Origin: an uncultured Candidatus Rokubacteria bacterium
GTDB lineage: Bacteria; Methylomirabilota; Methylomirabilia; Rokubacteriales; CSP1-6
DNA: 64,000 bases
Direction: 5' to 3'
NCBI GenBank assembly: GCA_963771355.1
Contig: CAVYTA010000006.1
Span: 1,312,001 to 1,376,000, forward strand
The position numbers were made by a program, and so were the translations under genes. The notes beneath the pieces were generated by a model that was not told where the DNA came from, ran no database searches, and saw nothing but the letters and a program-made list of their open reading frames with translations. Shown here piece by piece: positions 42,729-51,990 of this stretch. Every line of letters begins with the position of its first letter. Within the stretch, counting starts at the first letter, position 1.

Positions 42729-44554
42729 CAGGAAGACTCCAGGATACTGTCCGCCCGCTTGGAGGCCAGGGCCCCCTTGAGGGCGGCATCCATCATGGCC
42801 TCGGCCAGCCGCTCCGTGGCCCGATTCACTTCAGTGGTGCGCTCGTGGATGAGATCGCGGTCCGTCCCCGCGCGCGCCTCGCGCAGCCGGCCCAGCGCGG
42901 CCTCGATGCGCTCCCGCTCGCCCGGCTCGGCGAGCTGCGCAGCCTGCGCCAGGGCGCGCTGCACGTGGTTGGCCACGTTGTCGGCCTCGGTCTGCGCCTC
43001 GATGAGGAGCCGCGCGGCCACGTCGGCCTCCGCGTGCTCGAAGGACTCGTCCACCATCCGCTCCACCTCCGCCTCCGTGAGCCCGTAGGTGGGGCGCACC
43101 TCGATGGACGACTCCTTGCCCGTCCGCAGCTCCTTGGCATGGACCTGGAGGATGCCGTTGGCGTCGATCAGGAAGGTGACCTCGATCTTGGGCATGCCCG
43201 CCGGCATGGGATCGATCCCCCGCAGCTCGAAGCGGGCGAGAGAGCGGTTGTCCCGCGCCAGCTCGCGCTCCCCCTGCAGCACATGGAGGTCCACCACCGT
43301 CTGCCCGTCCACCGAGGTGGTGAACTGCTCCTTGGCCATGGTGGGGATGGTGGTATTGCGCGCGATGAGCACGCTCACGATCCCGCCCAAGGTCTCGATG
43401 CCCAGCGACAGCGGCGTGACGTCCAGCAACAGCATGTCGGTGATCCCGCCGGCCAGGATCTGGGCCTGCACCGCCGCCCCCAGCGCCACCACCTCGTCGG
43501 GATTGAGCTGGCTGTGCGGCGTCTTGCCGAACAGCGCCTCCACCCGCCGGCGCACCAGCGGCACCCGGGTGGAGCCTCCCACCAGCACCACTTCGTCCAC
43601 GTCGGCGGGCGCAAGCCCGGCGTCGCGGAGCGCCAGCCGGCAGGGGCCGAGGGTCTGCTCCACGAGGGGGCCGAAGCGCGCTTCCAGATCCTCGCGCGTG
43701 ATGTCGCGGCGGTAGACGAAGTCGCCGAACGGGATGGCGAGCTGGGTGCGCGCCTCGAAGGACAGGCGGCACTTGGCGGCTTCCGCGGCCAGCCGCAGCT
43801 CCTGCCGCGCCTCCGCGTCCCCGGAGAGGTCCGCGCCGTGCGTGGCGTGGATGTCCTCCAGGAGCCAGTCCACCAGCACCCGGTCGAAGTCGTCGCCGCC
43901 GAGGTGGGTGTCACCGTTGGTGGCGAGCACCTCGAACACCCCGTCCTTGACCCGAAGGATGGAGATGTCGAAGGTCCCGCCGCCGAGGTCGTACACCGCG
44001 ATGGTGCCCTGGGCCAGCTTCTGCAACCCATAGGCCAGCGACGCCGCGGTGGGCTCGTTGACGATGCGCAGCACCTCGAGCCCCGCGATGCGGCCAGCGT
44101 CCTTGGTGGCCTGGCGCTGGCTGTCATTGAAGTAGGCGGGCACGGTGATTACCGCCTGCTCCACTTTCTCGCCGAGCGCGGCTTCGGCCCGTTGCTTCAG
44201 CGCACGGAGGATCTGGGCGGAGACCTCGGGCGGCGTCACCTCGCGCTCCCCTACCCGGATGCGGACCACCTCGGCGGCGGGAATCACCTCGAAGGGCAGA
44301 TGGGCGAGCTCGCCCTGGACATCCTCGTAGCCCCTCCCCATCAGCCGCTTCACCGAATAAATGGTGCGGGCGGGGTTCCGGACGAGCTGGCGCCGCGCGG
44401 CGTCGCCCACCAGCACGCCCTCGGGCGTGTACGCCACGATGGAGGGCAGGAGCGCGCGACCGTCCGCGTCCGGGAGGATCCGGGGCGCGCCACGGTCGAC
44501 GTAGGCCACCAGGCTATTGGTGGTCCCGAGGTCAATGCCGACGATGTGAGACAT
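42728..44554 (-). CDS. hscA: Fe-S chaperone HscA (Hsp70)
   Basis: [39 protein letters not shown]; in isc operon. Confidence 0.93.
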   Translation of the reverse strand: MSHIVGIDLGTTNSLVAYVDRGAPRILPDADGRALLPSIVAYTPEGVLVGDAARRQLVRNPARTIYSVKRLMGRGYEDVQGELAHLPFEVIPAAEVVRIRVGEREVTPPEVSAQILRALKQRAEAALGEKVEQAVITVPAYFNDSQRQATKDAGRIAGLEVLRIVNEPTAASLAYGLQKLAQGTIAVYDLGGGTFDISILRVKDGVFEVLATNGDTHLGGDDFDRVLVDWLLEDIHATHGADLSGDAEARQELRLAAEAAKCRLSFEARTQLAIPFGDFVYRRDITREDLEARFGPLVEQTLGPCRLALRDAGLAPADVDEVVLVGGSTRVPLVRRRVEALFGKTPHSQLNPDEVVALGAAVQAQILAGGITDMLLLDVTPLSLGIETLGGIVSVLIARNTTIPTMAKEQFTTSVDGQTVVDLHVLQGERELARDNRSLARFELRGIDPMPAGMPKIEVTFLIDANGILQVHAKELRTGKESSIEVRPTYGLTEAEVERMVDESFEHAEADVAARLLIEAQTEADNVANHVQRALAQAAQLAEPGERERIEAALGRLREARAGTDRDLIHERTTEVNRATERLAEAMMDAALKGALASKRADSILESS

Positions 44555-45137
44555 GACTCTCCAGATCTTCTCCGAGCGCGTCGCTCAGGTCGTCGATGAC
44601 GGTGCGCAGATACGCCCGCGCGGCCAGCCGCGCCTTGAACCACTCGAGGAGCGGCCGGCGGTCGGCCCCCGCGCCCAGCGCGGCGTCCCAGTCCGCCGCC
44701 CGGCCGATGATGGCTTCCTCCTCCGTGCGCTTCCGCTCCCGCAGGCGCTCCCGCTCCTCACGGAGCTGGGCGCGAGCCGCCTCATCCATGCCCCCCGCCT
44801 TGGCTTCCTCGAGCGCCTCCTGCACGTCCATCATCTCGGCGAGGAGCTCCCGGGGCGCGACCGGGCGCTCCGTGGCGCCCTCGCGGGTGTCCCGGCCCTC
44901 TTCCAGGGCGATCAGGTACTCCACGCGCGCGAGCGGGTCCCGCAGCGCTCGATAGGCGCGGTTGACCAGGGCGGAGCGGGCAAGCGTCTTCGCCTGCGCG
45001 TCCGCGTCCGCGCCCTGATGGAAGTCCGGGTGATGCGCGCGGCTCAACTCGTAGAAGCGCGCACGGAGCGCCTCGCCGTCCACGGTGAGCTTGCGCGGTA
45101 GCCCGAACACCGCGAAGTAGTCGTCGATCCCCGTCAC
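44532..45137 (-). CDS. hscB: Fe-S co-chaperone HscB
   Basis: DYFAVFGLP, HPD J-domain motif, NRAY..L.DP..R.EYL. Confidence 0.93.
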   Translation of the reverse strand: MTGIDDYFAVFGLPRKLTVDGEALRARFYELSRAHHPDFHQGADADAQAKTLARSALVNRAYRALRDPLARVEYLIALEEGRDTREGATERPVAPRELLAEMMDVQEALEEAKAGGMDEAARAQLREERERLRERKRTEEEAIIGRAADWDAALGAGADRRPLLEWFKARLAARAYLRTVIDDLSDALGEDLESHVSHRRH

Positions 45138-45173
45138 CTCACACCTCTCATCAACCTGAAGGGGCCATAAAAT

Positions 45174-45201
45174 ACGAACGGGCCCGCCGGGGCCCGTTCG
45201 T
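45174..45201 (-). terminator. Hairpin between iscA and hscB
   Basis: ACGAACGGGCCC-N4-GGGCCCGTTCGT perfect 12-bp stem followed on the minus strand by ATTTTAT. Confidence 0.7.
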
Positions 45202-45222
45202 CGTCGTTCCCGGGGGCCCGAC

Positions 45223-45549
45223 CTAGGCCGAGAACGAGGTCCCGCAACCGCAGCTGGATTTCGCCTGGGGGTTCACGAAGGTGAAGCCGCCCTGCAGCCC
45301 CTCCGTCACGTAGTCGAGGGTCGTCCCGTTGAGGTAGAGGTAGCTCTTGGCGTCCACCACCACCGGCACTCCGTCGATCTCGAATGTCTTGTCGTGCTTG
45401 CCCTTCTCGGTGTCGAACTCCAGCGAGTAGGAGAGCCCGGAGCAACCGCCCCCCTTGACGCCCATGCGGAGGAAGACCTGCTCCAGCTTCTGCTCCTCCA
45501 TGAGCTTCTTCACCTGCTTCGACGCCTTCTCGGTCAGGATCACCGCCAT
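45223..45549 (-). CDS. iscA: A-type Fe-S carrier IscA
   Basis: GGGCSGLSY and CGCGTSF motifs. Confidence 0.95.
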   Translation of the reverse strand: MAVILTEKASKQVKKLMEEQKLEQVFLRMGVKGGGCSGLSYSLEFDTEKGKHDKTFEIDGVPVVVDAKSYLYLNGTTLDYVTEGLQGGFTFVNPQAKSSCGCGTSFSA

Positions 45550-45585
45550 ATGGATGTGCCTCCTCGAATGGGACTCGACCCGTCC

Positions 45586-46002
45586 TTAGGACGCGCCGGC
45601 GTCCGCTCCCGCTTCCGCCTTGGCCCACTTATCCTTGTAGTCGGTGAGCGCCGCCTTGATGGCATCCTCCGCCAGCACGGAGCAGTGGATCTTCACCGGG
45701 GGCAGCTTCAGCTCATTGACGATGTCGGTGTTCTTGATCTTGGCCGCCTCGTCCACCGTGCGCCCCTTCAGCCACTCGGTGGCCAGGCTCGACGAGGCGA
45801 TCGCGCTGCCGCAGCCGAAGGTCTTGAACTTCGCGTCCTCGATGACCCCCGTCTCGACGTTGACCTTGATCTGGAGCTTCATGACGTCGCCGCACTCCGG
45901 CGCCCCCACCAGCCCTGTCCCCACTCCCGGGGTGTCCTTGCCGAAGGACCCCACGTTCCGCGGGTTGTTGTAGTGGTCGACCACCTTTTCGCTATAGGCC
46001 AT
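45586..46002 (-). CDS. iscU: Fe-S scaffold IscU
   Basis: GAPECGD, FGCGSAIASSS, LPPVKIHC. Confidence 0.98.
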   Translation of the reverse strand: MAYSEKVVDHYNNPRNVGSFGKDTPGVGTGLVGAPECGDVMKLQIKVNVETGVIEDAKFKTFGCGSAIASSSLATEWLKGRTVDEAAKIKNTDIVNELKLPPVKIHCSVLAEDAIKAALTDYKDKWAKAEAGADAGAS

Positions 46003-46035
46003 GGCTCATCCGCCTCCTGATCGGCGCCGGCGCCG

Positions 46036-47262
46036 CTATTCAGCCTTCCACTTGATGGTCTTGAGATCCACGCCTTCCTTGGCGAGCTCGTAGAGCGGCG
46101 ACATTTCGCGGAGCCGCTGCACCACGTCCACCGTGCGCGCCGCCACGAAGTCCACCTCTTCCTCGGTGCTGAACCGGTGCAGGCCGAAGCGGATGGACGA
46201 GTGCGCCAGCTCCGCGTTCACCCCGAGCGCCGAGATCACGTAGGAGGGTTCGAGGGTCGACGACGTGCAGGCAGAGCCGGAGGCCAGGGCCACTTCCTTG
46301 TTGAGCCCCATCAGCACCGACTCCCCCTCGACATAGGCGAAGGAAATGTTGAGATTGTGGGGCAGCCGCCGCTCGGGATGACCGTTGAGGAACGCCTCGT
46401 CCACCCGGGACAGGATGGCGTCCTGCAGCCGGTCCCGCAGCCCGGCCAGCCGCTTCGACTCGTCCGGCATCACCTCGCGACAGATCTCGGCCGCGCGGCC
46501 GAAGCCCACCGCCAGCGGCACCGGCACCGTGCCCGACCGCATTCCGCGCTCGTGGCCGCCGCCGTCGATCATCGGCGCCAGCCGCACCCGCGGGCCCTTC
46601 CGCCGGACGTAGAGGGCTCCCACGCCCTTGGGTCCGTAGAGCATGTGCGAGGTCGAGGACAGCAGATCGATCCCCATCGCCTCCACGTCCACCGGCACCT
46701 TGCCCACCGCCTGAGTGGCGTCGGTATGGAAGACGATGCCCTTTTCCTTGGCGAGCGCGCCGATGGCCGCGATGTCCTGAACGGTGCCGATCTCGTTATT
46801 GGCGAGCATCACCGAGATCAGGATGGTCTTGTCCGTCAGGGCGGCGCGAATCGCCTCGGGATCCACCAGGCCGTCGGCGCCCACCGCGAGATAGGTCACC
46901 GCGAATCCCTGCCGCTCGAGCCGCTTGCACACGTCGAGCCCCGCCCGCTGCTCGATGGCGGTGGTCACGATGTGATTGCCCTTCTCGCGGTACATCTCGG
47001 CCACGCCCTTCAGCGCCAGGTTGATGGACTCGGTGCCCCCCGACGTGAAGACCAGCTCCTTGGGGTCGCGGGCGCCGATCAGCTTGGCAAGCTCACCGCG
47101 CGCCCGGTCCACTGCGCCCTCCGCCTCCCACCCGAAGGGGTGGTTGCGGCTCGCCGGATGCCCGAACTTCTCGGTGAAGTACGGCAGCATGGCGTCCAGC
47201 ACCCGCGGGTCCACCGGCGTGGTGGACTGGCTATCCATGAAGATCGGCAGCTTCAACGTCAT
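46036..47262 (-). CDS. iscS: Cysteine desulfurase IscS (PLP-lysine position reads Met)
   Basis: TTPVDPRV, SGSACTS, LREMSPLYE...IKW C-terminal tail; SSTSHMLYGPKG instead of SxHKxYGPKG. Confidence 0.93.
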   Translation of the reverse strand: MTLKLPIFMDSQSTTPVDPRVLDAMLPYFTEKFGHPASRNHPFGWEAEGAVDRARGELAKLIGARDPKELVFTSGGTESINLALKGVAEMYREKGNHIVTTAIEQRAGLDVCKRLERQGFAVTYLAVGADGLVDPEAIRAALTDKTILISVMLANNEIGTVQDIAAIGALAKEKGIVFHTDATQAVGKVPVDVEAMGIDLLSSTSHMLYGPKGVGALYVRRKGPRVRLAPMIDGGGHERGMRSGTVPVPLAVGFGRAAEICREVMPDESKRLAGLRDRLQDAILSRVDEAFLNGHPERRLPHNLNISFAYVEGESVLMGLNKEVALASGSACTSSTLEPSYVISALGVNAELAHSSIRFGLHRFSTEEEVDFVAARTVDVVQRLREMSPLYELAKEGVDLKTIKWKAE

Positions 47263-47284
47263 CGGTCTCCGTCTCCCCTCTCGT

Positions 47285-47722
47285 CTATCGGGTCGCGGTC
47301 AGCGCCGCCACCGGAACCACCGCGTCGGCGCCAAGCTCGGCCAGTGTCATGCCGTCCAGCATCGAGGTGATGCTCGCCTGGATCTTCTGCACGGGCAGCC
47401 GCAGGTTGCAGCGCGAGTACTGCGGGCAGTGATCGTCCACCACGCAGCTCGTGATCTGCACCGGCCCCTCGAGCGCCCGCAGCACCTGCCCCACCGTGAT
47501 GTCGTGCCGCGGGCGGGCGAGGACGTAGCCGCCCTTCGGCCCGTTGTGGCTCACGATCAGCTTCTTCTTGGCCAGCCGCTGGAGGATCTTGGCCAGCAGC
47601 TCCGCCGGGATATTGAACTCCTCGGCGATCCGCTTCGCACTCACCGCCGCTTCGTCCGGATGCGCGGCGATGTAGTAGACGGCCATCAACCCGTAGTCGG
47701 CCCGCTTCGTGAACCGCAGCAT
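47285..47722 (-). CDS. iscR: Rrf2-family Fe-S regulator (IscR-like)
   Basis: TK.ADYGL, GPKGGY.LAR, C-X5-C-X5-C; first gene of isc operon. Confidence 0.85.
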   Translation of the reverse strand: MLRFTKRADYGLMAVYYIAAHPDEAAVSAKRIAEEFNIPAELLAKILQRLAKKKLIVSHNGPKGGYVLARPRHDITVGQVLRALEGPVQITSCVVDDHCPQYSRCNLRLPVQKIQASITSMLDGMTLAELGADAVVPVAALTATR

Positions 47723-47747
47723 TTCGTGTCCCGACCCCCGGCTATAT

Positions 47748-47809
47748 CCGACCGTTTCTATCGGCGACCGTTATGGTCGGAGTTTGCTCCCCCCGGCCCG
47801 GGAAGTCAA
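47748..47809 (-). promoter_or_regulatory. isc promoter with tandem Rrf2-type operators
   Basis: TTGACT-N17-CAAACT followed by CGACC-N5-GGTCG (47765-47779) and CCGA-N9-TCGG (47748-47764). Confidence 0.65.
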
Positions 47810-47818
47810 CCGATTCCT

Positions 47819-48847
47819 CTATTTTTCCAATGAGACCCAGGCCTCCCTCAGGCGGGCGGCAGCCTCCTCGGGGGCGAGGTTATTGACGTAGATCCCCCCG
47901 ATACGCTTGAGGCGCTCTGGGCTCGGCAAGATACCGATATGCCAGTGATAATCGTCGGCGAGGGTGGCCCATTCTCCTGGCATCACCTTGGAGGCCCGAT
48001 TGGGGGCGTTGTAGAGTGCCATTTCCAGGGAGGGGTCCCCCAGCGCGTCGGTGAAGGTCCGGAAGCTGCCCCCGAGCACCCGGGCCAGATCGGCCACCAG
48101 GTCGCCGGAGAGCGCATCCTCATAGGCGGCCGCGTGCTGTCGGGGCAGGATCCACGTCTCGAACGGCGCCCGCGCCGCATAGGGCACGACGACCACGAAC
48201 CGCTCCGTCTCGTGGATCACCCGCTCACGGTCGGCCAGCTCCTGCCGGATGATGTCGCAGTAGATGCAGCGATGCTTGTAGCGGTAGTAGTCGCGCGCCT
48301 CGTCGAGCTTGCGACGGCCCTCGTCGAAAATGATGGGAATGGCGGTGAGACGGGAGTAGGGATGCCGGATGCGCGAGGCCGTGCGGGGGTGCCGCCGGGT
48401 GACGAGGATGTCGCGGATGGCGAGGTCGCGCTTCAGGTCACGGATCCGCTCGCCGTACATCCAGAGAACCCGCTCCCACTGTGCCTCCGGCATGGTGGCA
48501 GGCGTGTCGTCGTGACGCGGGCTCTCCACGATGAGCTCGGTGGCTCCCCGGGGCGTGATCTTGTCATAGAGGCCCACCCCCTCGCGCAAGAGCGGGAGCT
48601 CGATGCGAAAATACGGATCGCGCTCGGGGATGGCGCGCACCGACCAGTCCCCACTGTTGGCGGGCGCGCCGTCTTTTCGATAGCACGCGGTCTCGGGCGG
48701 CGTGAGCCGCTCATTTCCTGGGCAAAAGGGACACTCGCCCTCATGCGCGCTGGCGCTGCCGGGCGGGCGCACGAGCACCCACTGGCCTCTCGTGGGATCC
48801 TTGCGCAACTCGCTCAGGGAAGATTCGCTCGCGGCGGACTCGCTCAT
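47819..48847 (-). CDS. GalT-like (galactose-1-phosphate uridylyltransferase fold) protein with HPY in place of HPH
   Basis: ELRKDP..G.WV, CPFCPGNE..TPPE, IVESPRH, CIYCD, PFETWILP, YHWH. Confidence 0.85.
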   Translation of the reverse strand: MSESAASESSLSELRKDPTRGQWVLVRPPGSASAHEGECPFCPGNERLTPPETACYRKDGAPANSGDWSVRAIPERDPYFRIELPLLREGVGLYDKITPRGATELIVESPRHDDTPATMPEAQWERVLWMYGERIRDLKRDLAIRDILVTRRHPRTASRIRHPYSRLTAIPIIFDEGRRKLDEARDYYRYKHRCIYCDIIRQELADRERVIHETERFVVVVPYAARAPFETWILPRQHAAAYEDALSGDLVADLARVLGGSFRTFTDALGDPSLEMALYNAPNRASKVMPGEWATLADDYHWHIGILPSPERLKRIGGIYVNNLAPEEAAARLREAWVSLEK

Positions 48848-48856
48848 GGCCCGGTC

Positions 48857-48885
48857 ACGATAGAGAATGCGCCGCGGCAAGTCAA
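48857..48885 (-). promoter_or_regulatory. Sigma70-type promoter of the galT-like gene
   Basis: TTGACT-N17-TATCGT, 9 nt before ATG. Confidence 0.65.
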
Positions 48886-49019
48886 CCGGACGGGTCGCCA
48901 GCCCGGTAATTACGACTCGGTAGCGGTGATCCGAGTGGCTCCTTCTTCGACAGGCGCGGCGCGCAAGTGCTCACGGAGTCGGTCGAAAGACGGGCATGAT
49001 TTTTGTAACGATTACTGTC

Positions 49020-49892
49020 ATGAGTGATTCTCTCGCACGCCTCTACTCCGGCCGGCCGCCTGTCCGCGCCCAGGTCGAGCAGGAAGGGGCCGCGGCGCGC
49101 CGCCGGTATCGTCGCGCCCTCATGGCGCTCACGCGGTCGGGCTTGCCGTTCCTCGTGGGCGGCGCCTATGCGCTCGAGCACTACACGACCATTGCGCGGT
49201 GGACCAAGGACCTCGACATCTTCGTGCTGCCTGGTGACGTGGACGGCTGCCTGGACGCGCTGACCTCCGCCGGTTTCGAGACGGAGATCGCGTTCCCGCA
49301 CTGGCTCGCCAAGGCCTATGCGGGCCGCGACTTCATCGACCTGATCTTCAGCTCCGGCAACGGGGTCGCGGAAGTGGACGACGAGTGGATGGCCCACGCC
49401 ACCCCCGGTCATGTCCTCGGCCTGCCGGTTCCCCTCTGTCCGGCGGAGGAGATGATCTGGTCCAAGGCGTTCGTCGCCGAGCGCGAGCGTTATGACGGGG
49501 CCGACATCGCTCATCTCATCCGTGCCTGCCACGCCGGGCTCGACTGGGAGCGCTTGGTCCGACGCTTCGGCGCGCACTGGCGCGTGCTGCTCAGCCATCT
49601 GCTGCTCTTCGAGTTCGTGTATCCTTCCGAGCCGGCGCCAGAGGCGCGCCACTGGGCCCGCGTGCTCGCCCGGCGACTCGAGGCGGCCGGGAGCGTGCCC
49701 GATGCGAGCGAGCGCATCTGCCAGGGCTCCCTCCTGTCCCGCTCCCAGTACCTCCCCGACATCGTCGCATGGGGATATGGGGACGCGCGGCTGCGCCCGC
49801 ACGGGCGCATGAGCGAGGAGGCGGTGCAGCAGTGGACGGACGCCATCGACGAGGACGAGGAGGGCCCGCGTGCGCATCGCAGCGGTGGGTGA
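49020..49892 (+). CDS. Nucleotidyltransferase family protein of unknown function
   Basis: FLVGGAYA...TKDLDIFV (GG...DxD pol-beta-like motif), EEMIWSK, RYDGADI. Confidence 0.85.
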   Translation: MSDSLARLYSGRPPVRAQVEQEGAAARRRYRRALMALTRSGLPFLVGGAYALEHYTTIARWTKDLDIFVLPGDVDGCLDALTSAGFETEIAFPHWLAKAYAGRDFIDLIFSSGNGVAEVDDEWMAHATPGHVLGLPVPLCPAEEMIWSKAFVAERERYDGADIAHLIRACHAGLDWERLVRRFGAHWRVLLSHLLLFEFVYPSEPAPEARHWARVLARRLEAAGSVPDASERICQGSLLSRSQYLPDIVAWGYGDARLRPHGRMSEEAVQQWTDAIDEDEEGPRAHRSGG

Positions 49893-50637
49893 CCTTCACT
49901 GCGGCGTCGGGTCGGCGGGAGCCCTGGAGCCATTGTTCGGCGCCATGAGCCGCGCCGCCGACGTGCTCGTCCTCTGCGGCGACCTCACCGATTACGGGCT
50001 GCCCGATGAGGCGCAGGTGCTGGCGCGCGAGCTCCAGGTCGCCAGCCCGGCGCCGATGATCGCCGTGCTCGGCAACCACGACTTCGAGTCTGGGGCCGCC
50101 GACCAGGTGCGGGGCATCCTCGAGGACGCCGGTGTCCACGTGCTCGACGGCGGCACCCACGTAGTCGGCGGGGTGGGCTTCGCGGGCGTCAAGGGCCTGG
50201 GCGGCGGGTTCGGCGAGCGTGCGCTACAGCCCTGGGGCGAGGAGGTCATGAAACGCCTGGTGCACGAGGCGGTGGGAGAAGCGCTCAAGCTCGAATCCGC
50301 CCTGGCCCGCCTCCACACCTCGGTACGCGTGGCCGTACTGCACTACTCACCCATCCGCGGCACCGTGGAGGGCGAGCCGCCCGAAATTTTCGCGTTCCTG
50401 GGTTCGAGCCGGCTCGAGGAGCCGCTGGTTCGGTACTCGGTCACCCTGGCGCTGCACGGTCATGCGCATCGCGGCTCGCTGGAGGGGCGCATCCGGACCG
50501 GCGCGCCGGTGTACAACGTCTGCCTGCCGCTCCTGCGCGCGGCCTTTCCCGGGGAGCCGCCGTTCCGCCTGATCGACCTCGGCGAGATTCCCGAAGTCGA
50601 GCCGGCAGCAGCGCCCGCGGCGGGCGTCGGTCTTTAG
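49870..50637 (+). CDS. Calcineurin-like metallophosphoesterase
   Basis: GDLH, GDLTD, GNHD, LHY, HGHAH motifs. Confidence 0.92.
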   Translation: MRIAAVGDLHCGVGSAGALEPLFGAMSRAADVLVLCGDLTDYGLPDEAQVLARELQVASPAPMIAVLGNHDFESGAADQVRGILEDAGVHVLDGGTHVVGGVGFAGVKGLGGGFGERALQPWGEEVMKRLVHEAVGEALKLESALARLHTSVRVAVLHYSPIRGTVEGEPPEIFAFLGSSRLEEPLVRYSVTLALHGHAHRGSLEGRIRTGAPVYNVCLPLLRAAFPGEPPFRLIDLGEIPEVEPAAAPAAGVGL

Positions 50638-50643
50638 TGCGGG

Positions 50644-51990
50644 CTAGTCCTTGAACTGGGACTTCAGCTTGCGCAGGTGCAGCCGCGCCACGTCCACCCA
50701 GTCCTTTTCCGCCGGCAGCGGGCCGGCGAGCGCGATGTACCGTTCCCACAAGGAGATGGCCTCCTTGGGATCCACCTTCTCGTAGACCAGGGCCAGGTTG
50801 TACAGGGCGCCCGTATTCTTGTCGTCCTGCTCGACCACCTTGCGGTATTCGCCGATCGCGTCCTGGTACAGTCCCTTGTCCTCGTAGACCTCGGCCAGCC
50901 CCATCCGCGCCTCCACGTAGCGCGGATCCAGCTCCACCGCCTTCTTGTAGGCAGTGACCGCCTCGAAGTAGAGCTGCTTCTCGCCGTAGTAGATCTTGCC
51001 CAGGCTCACATACACGCGCGGATTGAGCGGGTTGTGCACGAGCGCCTTCTGATAGGCGCTGACCGCCCCGTTCACGTTGCCCTTGGCGGCACTGGCGTCC
51101 CCGAGCCCCGCGTAGGCGTCGGCGAAGTAGGGCCGCAGCTCGAGCGCCTTGTTGTACGCCTCGATGGCCTGATCGAAGAGCCGGCGGGGCGCGGTCAGGA
51201 AGAGATCGCCGAGGGCTTTGTAGGGCTCGGGATAGGTCGGGTCCAGCTGGGTGGAGGCACGGAACTGCGCCGCCGCCTTCCAGCGATTGCCCAGCGTCTG
51301 GTGGACGACGCCCAGCCCGTACTGGGACACCACGAACTGCGGATCGAGCTCCACCGCGCGGCCGAGCAACTCCACCGCCGCCTCGTTGCCTTCCTGGGTG
51401 CCTCGCTGCGTCGACATCTGGCCCTTGATGTAGGCCTCGTACGCGCGGGCGGACCCGGTGGGGGCGGCGTATTTCTGCACGCGCGCCAGCTCCGCGTCGG
51501 TGGCGGGTACCTTGAGGGCACGCAGATACGCGACCGGAATGGTCTTGAGCCGCTCGAGAAGCTCCCCCTCCGGCACCGTCACCGCTTCCAGCGCCCCCTG
51601 GGCGGCCTGATCACCCTTCAGCTCGATGAAGCGGGGCTGGAAGGACAACTCCCCGGCGGTCCGACGGACCTCGCCGTACAGCGCGATGTCGGCGTTCAGC
51701 GCCCGGGCCGCGGACAGGGCGGATTTCTCGCTCCAGAAGTCCGACTGGGGCACCGTCCTGAGGCGCCCGCGGTCGATCTGGACCAGCGCGGGAACCTGGA
51801 TGAGCGCGAGCCCCAGGCTTTCCGCCACCGCCTCGCCCAGCCACTGCTCCTCGCGCCCGAGATCGATCGGTGCAAAGGGCAGCACGAGCACGCTGCGGGG
51901 CTTGGCCGAAGCCGACGAGGCCCCCAGCAGCAGCAGGCCTCCGAGGAGCGCGCTGAGTACCGTCCGGTTAGGGATCGTGCGGAGTCGCAT
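50644..51990 (-). CDS. Exported tetratricopeptide repeat protein
   Basis: Signal peptide (ASA-K), VLVLPF N-terminal domain, multiple TPR units (A..AY.KA.EL.P). Confidence 0.9.
   Translation of the reverse strand: MRLRTIPNRTVLSALLGGLLLLGASSASAKPRSVLVLPFAPIDLGREEQWLGEAVAESLGLALIQVPALVQIDRGRLRTVPQSDFWSEKSALSAARALNADIALYGEVRRTAGELSFQPRFIELKGDQAAQGALEAVTVPEGELLERLKTIPVAYLRALKVPATDAELARVQKYAAPTGSARAYEAYIKGQMSTQRGTQEGNEAAVELLGRAVELDPQFVVSQYGLGVVHQTLGNRWKAAAQFRASTQLDPTYPEPYKALGDLFLTAPRRLFDQAIEAYNKALELRPYFADAYAGLGDASAAKGNVNGAVSAYQKALVHNPLNPRVYVSLGKIYYGEKQLYFEAVTAYKKAVELDPRYVEARMGLAEVYEDKGLYQDAIGEYRKVVEQDDKNTGALYNLALVYEKVDPKEAISLWERYIALAGPLPAEKDWVDVARLHLRKLKSQFKD

Noticed and set aside
48991..49008. 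Sigma54-like GGCATGATTTTTGT upstream of the nucleotidyltransferase
   Set aside because: GG-N10-GT rather than GG-N10-GC, and very close to the start codon; too weak
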